Assembly (NCBI GenBank): GCA_951406725.2
Contig: OX597814.1
Coordinates: forward strand, 93,620,001-93,684,000
DNA length: 64,000 bases
Direction: 5' to 3'
Source: Octopus vulgaris
Lineage: Eukaryota
Made by a program: the position numbers and the translations under genes. The notes under the pieces were generated by a model that worked only from the letters and a program-made list of their open reading frames with translations, did not search any database and was not told where the DNA came from. Shown one piece after another: positions 54,419-64,000 of this stretch (its first letter is position 1; the number at the start of each line of letters is the position of its first letter).

Positions 54419-56446
54419 CAACAGCATCAACAACAACAACAACAATAATAATAATTTAAGTACTTGGATGCAAATTTGGGTGGTTGGGGTATAATCTATA
54501 AAACTAATGACAGGTGTTATTCTATTGTCGCCAGAAATTTGAAAGCAAAGTCGACCTCGTAGGGTGTTTAGACCAAAACCTGATGTAACGTAACTAAAAT
54601 ATAGCAAGGTATTTTGTTCGTTGCTCGAATGATTCTGCATAACTGATTTATAATAGTAAAAATTGTATCAAACACAAAGCACAAGAGCAGAGATTGGAGG
54701 GGTGGACTTAATTTAAACCACCCCAGGACTATATTTTATTCACTCCCAGAAGGATGAAAAGGCCAAGTCAAGATATGATTAAAGTCATAGCATAATGAAC
54801 GTTAAAAGCTGTAAAGGTATTAAAATCATAACTAAAGTATCTATGCTGGTACTATTTATCGACCCATATGGAATGAAAAACAAAATTCTTTCCATACTAT
54901 CCCTACGGTTTCTTACCTATTTTCCCCACCGTTAAACGACATGACGCGGAACAGCTGCTGTTAACTTTTGGTTGTCTCTATGCTGGGGAAGTTTCCTTGG
55001 ATCCTCAATGTGTTGCCTCATCTACCCTCATATGATGAGACTGAGCGTGACGCGAATTTCTGCTTGTCTCTCTTTCCGGGCTAACGACTATTGGAGCTAA
55101 GATCAGTAATGCGGTAAAAGCAGCAGTGTTAGCAGCTGTGACATCAGCTGTAGTCCTTACATCGTTATATTTGCTAATTTTTGCTATCTTTCTTTTTCTT
55201 TCACGTTTTATTTTTCTGTGGGCCCTAAAGTATATATAGTGGTATCTGAAATTTCAGCTTTGCGCATGACAAGAGCTTCTGCGTTGCACACCCGTATGAC
55301 TGCACATCATTACTCCTTAAATGAAGTACAACTCCTGTGTAACCCATTTAAGGTGTAGTAATCGATGGTAAAAACTTGTAGTAATCGATCGTAAGACTTG
55401 GAAGTCCATTCTTGTATCACCCAACCACATATTATTGTGGGTTACCTTCACGCCCATAAGATATCTGCACGGTTTCATAAAGCTACGTCTATACTGTTCT
55501 GTCGATAAGTCAAGGATCAACGTGAGTTATGTATCACTGTAACTCGTGTATTGGGGCACCGTTCTATTGGCAGGAGTATAAGACATCAGCCCCCTCGCTT
55601 TGTCGTTCCGTGTGACAATTTATCTAAAAATCAGCTACACAGTTCCATATGCCATGACGTGGTCGAGAGTGCAAATATTTTATGAAGCATTGACCAAAGT
55701 TTTCCTAAATCTTCTTTCTACCGCATTTGAAAATTATCCTTATTACTTGGAAAAAGAAATTCCTCCCTTCTTGTTCCTTCCTGATAAATTTCTCTGACTA
55801 GAAGGTATGGTTTTCTTATTACATGTTGCCCATGCCTCGTAGTTTACTTTGAAATTGTTTATATAAGTTAGATCCTTTTGACTCACTGATGAAATGTTGA
55901 TTTTACAGATGAAATGTTGCTATCCTTATTGTAGCTGGTGGTGTTATTGCTGTTCCTGCTGCTTATACTGATTTCCTACTTTATTTCAATTAATGTTTAA
56001 CACTACTCTTTTTGCGTAAGTTTTCTCTAGTGCAACTGTAAATATGCTCGAAACTTTCTTTGTTTAATATTTATAAATCTGCTTTTGCGCATGAGAATAA
56101 TTACAAAAAATAACTTACTAAAAATTTACCATACTGGAACCTGCTATCTTCGCCGAAGTCTATATATGAAATATAAGACTGTTATTTGTGAATTAAATAT
56201 TGTTATGAGCACTTGGCACTGTACGCTCGCTACAGAGAGCAATTTGAAACGCTTTAGCTGATGCATCCATTGTTTTAAAAGTAATATCGAATCTTTAAAA
56301 ATATGATTAAATATCTCATTTTTATATATTTTTTTTCTTTTTCAGTTTTCATAAAGAACTAAAAAAAAGTTTGTGATATTCGCAATCCAAATTCAAATAC
56401 GAAGTATATCTCGTCTCTTCTCGATTGACTTTAAAACTTGATAAAT

Positions 56447-56612
56447 ATGGCGGACGAAGTGACGATTATTCATTTCAATGATGTTTATAATATTGAACCC
56501 CGGAGTGATGAACCAAAAGGAGGAGCTGCCAGATTCGCAAATTATGTCCAAACTTGTAAAGACCTCAACCCAATTGTTTTATTCAGTGGTGATATATTTA
56601 ACCCATCTTTAC
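56447..56612 (+). CDS. 5'-nucleotidase-family metallophosphoesterase (CG11883/YfkN-like), first coding exon
   Basis: MADEVTIIHFNDVYNIEPRSDEPKGGAARFA...IVLFSGDIFNPSL contains metallophosphoesterase motif I (HFNDVY), GGAARF and motif II (SGD). A polypyrimidine-AG acceptor ends at 56345; the GTAAGT donor is at 56613 (phase 1). Confidence 0.92.
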
Positions 56613-59369
56613 GTAAGTATGAATTTTTGTTAAAAAATTACGGGATTTCTCTGCAATGTATATCTATGATAATAATAATAATAATAATAACAACAACAAC
56701 AACAATAGTAATAATAATAATAATTACACACACACACACAAACACACGCATGAAATCGTACAATAATTATTTTGGTGCAAAGGTATGTGGCTTAGTGATT
56801 AGAAAGTAGGGTCACCATCATGAAGACCTAGATTTGATTCCTGAACAAAGCAGCATGTGGTTTCCTTGAGCAAGCTGCTTCATATCATGCTCCAGTTTGG
56901 ACAGCTAAAATGAATATAACTTGAGTACGGTAGAAGCCCCCCCTCCTCTGTCTCTAGCAATCACTTCCTCGATGTTCCGTTAGATCAACTGAAGAAAGGC
57001 CAAAAGAGTGCCTATGTTTGTTAGCAACTACAAAAAGAGCCTACGAAAATTAGTTAAACATGCTACACATTACTAAGCCATACTCATCGGAAAGTGCTTT
57101 TATTTTATGAATGAACAAAATGCTAAAATGTTTGATGTAAAATGGTACTAAATATTATAAGCACCAGATTGATAGAAAAAATGGAAAATGATACGGATCC
57201 GACGGTATGAATAGCAATCTGCTTGACGAGAGACCAAGTCACTGATTACACAATAGAACACCTCCCTATACCCATTCTCTAAAGTTTTAATAATTATTTG
57301 TTTCTTGTGGCTTAGTCCCAGAAGCAAAGGCCTACATAATTAATGAAAAAAAAAAAAGGTAGAAAGGTCTAATTCGAAAGCTTGCAATAATGTGGACTCC
57401 GCTAAAGCCATGCCAAAATTATAGTCACCGCAAAATTTAGTTTCTGTAAATGTAATAGTAAATGTAATAGTTTTCTTTCCATAATATACCCAATCAGTTA
57501 GTTTGCCTTGCAGGGCAGTTTAATCTCCATGTATAAATATTTATTTATTTTATACTCTTAAATCCAACATAACGAGGTGTCTCACCTCAATTTAAAATTT
57601 ATAATGAGAAATAACATCATTAATCAAATCATGAATAAATAACTGCTAAGGTTCTTAACGTAAACTGATATTTGATATTATAAACATCACTTTGAGACAG
57701 AGTAAGTCCTGAAAGTACATTTCTGAAATATTTTGAAAATGTTTAGATATCTGAAAATTATAATTTATAAATGAGCTCAGTAAATCAAAACTTGTAATGA
57801 GTGAAGTATTTTCTTAAATTTGAAAGGGAAGCAAAATGTGATAGCAACTCAAATAAATAAACAAAAATAATCAATGATTGAAACAAAACAGGGCTTCCAA
57901 GAAAACTTGTTCCATTATAAATGTTCAAAAATGTATAGTTATTATTTAACGCCAAACCTATACTGCTTGAGCAAGATATGATCATATGCTATCTAATTAT
58001 TTGTGAATTAGAGTACATTGTCCAAGGTATCGGTGGTGTTGAATTTGATTTTTCTATACACTTAATGGACACCATTTAAGCTAACTCATTGTCCCCCAAA
58101 ACAGTAGTAGCTGATGGTAGTGCACCAACATGGCCACAACTAACTGATAGGAACTACTAAAAGAGTTGATTGAAGCTTGGGAAATATTTTTTAAAGGTTG
58201 AAATCAATATCAGGCCACTGAACGTTTTGTGAGCAAAACAAAAGACTGCAAAGTAATTGCCGAAATTTATTAGAATAATAAGATGAGACACTATAGGACA
58301 ATATGATAAAAAATAAACTACGGCATTTCAAGCACCAGGATGCATGTGCCACAATGTTTAAAAAGTTCCTTTCTTAATCTATTGGTTCTGTATTGAATGC
58401 CTCTTTACAGTACATTACAGAAGCATCTTCTACCAATGGCTGGTGAATGAAATTAAGCAGATGAAAATATTCAGATCATTTAGTTAATCGATTTATTCTG
58501 TCAACATTACGAATTGACCCTTGATTGAATTTAGTGGGGTGAACCATACTGCAATTGTTCAGACAGAATCTCTTGTCGGAGGATAACTTCTCATCTTGAT
58601 ATCATACTTCTTACTACAGCAACCGATTACTTTAGGTTTGTTTCTTCCATTTAAGTTGCCTTTTATATACAGAAAAAGCAACCGATTCTTGTCCCACTCG
58701 ATGATGCCAGTCGACAGACTGATGCCTGACGGTCGCATCAAGTAGTTTCTAGCGGCGGAAGCCTGAGCTACAACGGGTTTGTCCCACAGAGAATGTTTCC
58801 GGTTACTTTTGGGTACTCCATGTTTTTATATCTTCTTTACATATAAATTTCTTGTCTTGGGATTCACGGTCAAACGGCTGGGTGGAATTCCGCGAAAAAT
58901 TACACAGATATGTTGAATGATCCGGTGGTGATGCTGGGCTTGTACTTTTTCATAGCTCCCATGGTTACCGAGATAATCCATTATAATAATACTCTTGTGT
59001 TTATGAATGAGAAAGGAAGGGATGATAGATGAATAAGAAAGGAAGGGGTGAGCGTTTCAACTTAATATGAATATATGTGTGTGTATGTAAAAGAGGGGTA
59101 TGTGAATGTGTGTGTGCCCGCGTGCGCGCAATGGAAGTGGGATGGTTCATCTTTGTTCGCTTAGTATTTGGGTTTATTTATTGATTTAGTCGAATCAAGG
59201 TTGGGTTTTTTTTTTGTTGGTCAGTTACTTTTAGCGTTTTGACAGAAAAAAAGTAATTCTAAAATTGTTTTTTAACTAAACGTGCACAAGCAAGTCGAAT
59301 GCTTACGCAGAACAAGTTTCACAGCCACACCATCCAAACTGACTGGGTGAAACCGGGCTTAGCTGCTTG

Positions 59370-59435
<66 letters not shown>

Positions 59436-59528
59436 ATCCAAACAAGAAAACACAGAAAAAAACACAGCAACGCGAGGACGTGGAACAATTAAAGTATTAT
59501 TTGACGCTCAGGAAAGAAGGGAAGGAGG

Positions 59529-59563
59529 GTTTAACGTTTCGAGCGGAGCTCTTCGTCGGAAAC
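59529..59563 (-). ncRNA. Minimal hammerhead-like motif (variant core) in PLE-type repeat 59432-59600
   Basis: GTTT-CCGACGA-A-GAGC-tcc-GCTC-GAAAC-GTT-AAAC. The element shares GACGCTCAGGA with the 12070 copy and abuts (TA)n. Confidence 0.55.
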
Positions 59564-61208
59564 AAAGGAGAAGGAAAGATCCCGAGAAGGGAAGACAGAG
59601 GAATACATGCATACATATATATATGTACGTGTATATGTATGTATGTTTGTACGTGTATGTGTGTTTGTGTGCGTGTGCGCGCGCGTGTGTATAAACGGTT
59701 TGCATACTAATATGGAGAAGGTTGATATATTTGTGAAAGCTTATACATTTTACGTAATAATGGTTGAGAAAGTACATCTGTTTGTTAAAATACGTTTTTA
59801 ACCCCAATAAGATGACGTCATTTTATCAGATCAACATAAAATATAGTTTCAACCAGAAACTATTAGTTTGCGGAATTATTTAAATGGAATTTTTTGAGAC
59901 GAGCGCTTGCTGAAGCGTGCAGCAGAAAAAGGCTTCTATCATAGAGAACTACCATTTGAGAGAATACTCAGTCTCGTGTCAAATATGAGGGAGTTACATA
60001 AAAAGAAGCTTATTTATGATCGAGTTGGAGAAAGAAAGCGGGTCCCGATTACCATTGTAGATCTTACAAAACTTGAAAGAACAGCGGAAGAAACCACGTA
60101 TCTTGTATTGCTGCTGTAGAAATCAGTACATTAAGGTACTGAGTTATCATTGAACAACATATGAGGTTCCACTACTTCTAGTTGAGTGAACCGCACTAAA
60201 GTCACCCAATGGCCAAGACAGTTTACACATAATTTAGGTTTGTTTTAAAGTAGCAATTACCAACAATGAAAACAAGCATAATATAGAGAAATATTACTCA
60301 CTAAAAATACAACATACTTGAAACTTGCTTTCTCTCCATGAAAGTCTATGAAATATAAGTGTCCTTTGTTCATTAAATATTGTTGTAAGTCAGTTAGTAC
60401 TCACTTATTGACAAAGTACGCTTGTCACTGAGAACAATTTGAAATGCATTCGCTGATTCGTCCATTGTTCGTCGTTCATTCCACTATCCAGCTCACTATG
60501 CATTAGACAATAAATTATTTAGAGATTTCATATACCCAAAAAACGTAAATCACACATTGGCATGTGTAAATTATTTATTTTCTAAACAATTATATTCTCC
60601 TGTCAACGTGTATGTGTCATCTTGTACACTTACTTAGTAGGGCTTTCATCACTGTTTTGGCATGTATACTAAAGACTACGTTTCGATGAAGAGGTAAAAA
60701 AATAATGCCAACACATCAGCATTTACTCTTATACTTGCAGGTAAAATAAAATCAATATTAGTCAGTTGAATAATATTTTTTCTTGCATTACACAAAATTG
60801 TAGTGAGCATTATTAATGCTCGCTACATTAAATGTATTAATACTTACATAAGATCTGTATTAGTAGGCTCATGTAACGGAGAAATTGATACATGAAACAA
60901 ACATTTACCGTGGTTTAAATAAGTGATTTGCATGCTTTAAGATCGCTGAGAAATTATTCAGGGAGAATTGACTGTCGGATTTCTTTATTGAAGTTTGTGC
61001 TTAGAAGCTCTTTGTGCCTATAGCTCTCTGCAGTGTCTAAAATAAAAACACTTTTCATTGTTAGAACAACTGTGTTTGTAAAAGCACAGGGCAGTGAAAA
61101 TCCAAAATCCGAATACAAATAGAATTATTTTTTATAACTTTAAAAATATTGTCAAATATATGCTTAAAATATGTGAAATTATAACCTAATTTTCTTTATA
61201 TTTTACAG

Positions 61209-61295
61209 TGAGTGTATTCACACAAGGGGAACAGATGATACCCATCTTGAAAGCTTGCAAAGTACAATGTTCTGTTTTTGGAAATCATGATTTTG
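61209..61295 (+). CDS. 5'-nucleotidase-family metallophosphoesterase, second coding exon (not in ORF track)
   Basis: Acceptor ttttacag ends at 61208. A phase-1 join to the previous exon gives (L)SVFTQGEQMIPILKACKVQCSVFGNHDF, including motif III GNHD. GTAAAT donor at 61296. The gene continues beyond the window. Confidence 0.92.
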
Positions 61296-61617
61296 GTAAA
61301 TATACCGACAGGTTGAAGACAATCTGTTCTATCTACATTTATAGATAATTTGTATTGTTTAAAACGTATTGCATTGGTTAAGACATTCAATATATATATA
61401 AATATATATATATGTGTATGTATATATGTATACATATGTATGTATATGCATGTGTGCATATATGTTTATGTATGTATACATCTCTAAATTTATCTACATA
61501 TACAAATATAAAGGAACACACGGAAAATGCATACACACACGCATATACATGCATATATATGTACACACACATACACACAAGCACACACACATACATACAT
61601 ACACACAAACATATATA

Positions 61618-61690
<73 letters not shown>

Positions 61691-62100
61691 CATACATAGA
61701 TAGATACATAGATAGATAAATGTGATATTCTCTGTCAAAAGCTAGTCATAGGAAAAGGGGATTCAGAGTTGTTTAATATAAATGCATATAATACTTTGAC
61801 AAAGAAACATGAGCTGCTGCTAAAGATCCTTCAACCTACTGTGTGCATGTGTAAGTATATACATACACAGACACACACACACACACACACATATATATGT
61901 GAGTGTGTGTCTATACATACATACATATATATATATATACATGGATATATATGTATATGTTTTATGTATTTGTGTATGTATGGTATGCAGGTATATAAAA
62001 CAAATAGCATAACTGAACTAAATTGTTGCTGATCACTATCAGCAAATGAATATAATGCGTGTGTATATGTGTATATATATATATACATATATATATATAC

Positions 62101-62146
<46 letters not shown>

Positions 62147-62150
62147 TATA

Positions 62151-62206
<56 letters not shown>

Positions 62207-62368
62207 AATCAAGGAACGGCCATAATAGGCCATTTACCCACTAGAAATAACAACCAAAAGCTTCAACCGCAAAATAACATCAATTCCGTAAACCAGGAGA
62301 AAATTAAAAAACATTTACCCTGTAATATATATATATATATATATATTACATATATATATATATATATT

Positions 62369-62417
<49 letters not shown>

Positions 62418-62983
62418 GTACACGCACACAGACGGACATATACGCGCGCACATACACACGCATGCATTCATGCGCACATGCATGCATAGATACATACATA
62501 ATGAGAAAGGGATCACATGAAAAAGGGTCAGGGGAGAAAATAAGATAAAGAATGTTCCGGGGTTGTGAGTCAGCCAACATAAGGAATGAAGCCAAAAGCG
62601 ATATCAACATAAGTGCAAAGATAAACATGAGTAAATGTGACTAGGTCACAACCTTATTTGTATAGGTCTCCAAAGTTCATTTCGTATATGCACCAATCGG
62701 ACTAACTCATACTTGTGCGCATACAGATATGCATATGTATGTACAACCTCCCGTATGTGATTGTGAATACATAACGCACACATAACCGTGTGCATGCACT
62801 CACACACACACACATATGTATATGCATATATGTATGAATATATATATACATATATATGAATATATATAAATACATACATATGCATTATGTATACATATAT
62901 GCTTGTATGTATGTATATGTATGTATGTATGTATCTATCTATCTACCTATCTATCTATTTATCTATCTATCTATATATACATT

Positions 62984-63020
<37 letters not shown>

Positions 63021-63444
63021 CAGACACACGCATACACACATGCACATAATTATTGTACGTTACATACTATATTGGTAAATGTTACGCTAATCTCAACTAA
63101 CTTGGGTTTCAGTGCAATGCATCAACGGTCGTCAGTTGTATTAATGGTTTGAAATTGGTGACCAAACCTTCTGACTGCTGGGACAATTGACTATAATCCA
63201 AATGAGTAGAAAACTGCTGAATGCCTGTCTCATGGCTTCAGCCATTTAAAAAATTTTCTTTTACTAAACAGATACTATAATTAAATATCAATAATTTCTA
63301 AATACAATGAATACTTTTGTTGCAGACCCAAACAAAAACAGAAGAATATACAATATCCATATGTATGCGTGTGTGTGTGTATGATATATATATGTATATG
63401 TGCGTATGTATATGTTTGAAATGGTGTACCCTTATGTATATAAC

Positions 63445-63538
<94 letters not shown>

Positions 63539-63607
63539 TATGGACCTTGCTGCAGTATGCTTTAGAGTGTGCTTCTTTTCCGGATATATGATAATTTGGC
63601 GATGTAT

Positions 63608-63672
<65 letters not shown>

Positions 63673-64000
63673 CAAAGCAATTAAGATTCAAGTAACTTCC
63701 AATGAATTTACTTGAATGTGGTACTTAACTTAGATGCACCAGAAAAACTATATGGTGTTATCCATACAGTAATGTGGGGTGATTATAAACGAGAAAGAAG
63801 CAACAAGAATGGATTGGTTTTTAGGACAATTGTTTCATAAAAAGACAGGCTTTATTACAAGTTGCAAAAATTGCAGCAGATAAAAGTGTCCCGTACTCAT
63901 CAGCTAAAATACATTTGAGTTCTCTAGACATCTTAGTGGGTGAGGTTATACTCATGAGATATTGGATCTGCCTCTAATGGAACCAATATCTCATGAGTAT

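Noticed and set aside
56613-56809. C-terminal part of the 123-aa ORF 56438..56809
   Set aside because: Read-through into the intron past the GTAAGT donor; poly-I/T comes from (AAT)n/(AAC)n.
62545-62665. Another long-stem-II hammerhead (GGTTGTGA…TCACAACC inverted pair)
   Set aside because: The inverted pair is real, but neither CTGAnGA nor GAAA core is intact.

Overview
AT-rich, microsatellite-saturated eukaryotic genomic DNA. The two tRNA-derived SINE families and the repeat landscape point to an octopus (coleoid cephalopod) genome; this is an inference. Almost all ORF-track entries are translated (TA)n/(TATG)n/(CA)n/(AAT)n repeats. Only one host gene is supported: a + strand 5'-nucleotidase-type metallophosphoesterase with two coding exons (56447-56612, 61209-61295) that continues past the window. 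The rest is transposon debris: a CR1-group LINE (APE+RT, broken) with a separate 3' tail copy upstream, an RTE 3' fragment, several mariner/Tc1/pogo relics and MITEs, a Helitron helicase fragment, and several Penelope-like element (PLE) fragments. The most notable hidden structure is a set of at least 8 hammerhead-ribozyme-like motifs from several families. They sit in PLE-type terminal repeats that mostly abut microsatellites and often form foldbacks, including a 112-bp palindrome carrying a hammerhead core on each strand (43315-43426) and hammerheads with very long stem II insertions (26973-27054, 47259-47416). All family names come from motif recognition by eye, not database searches.
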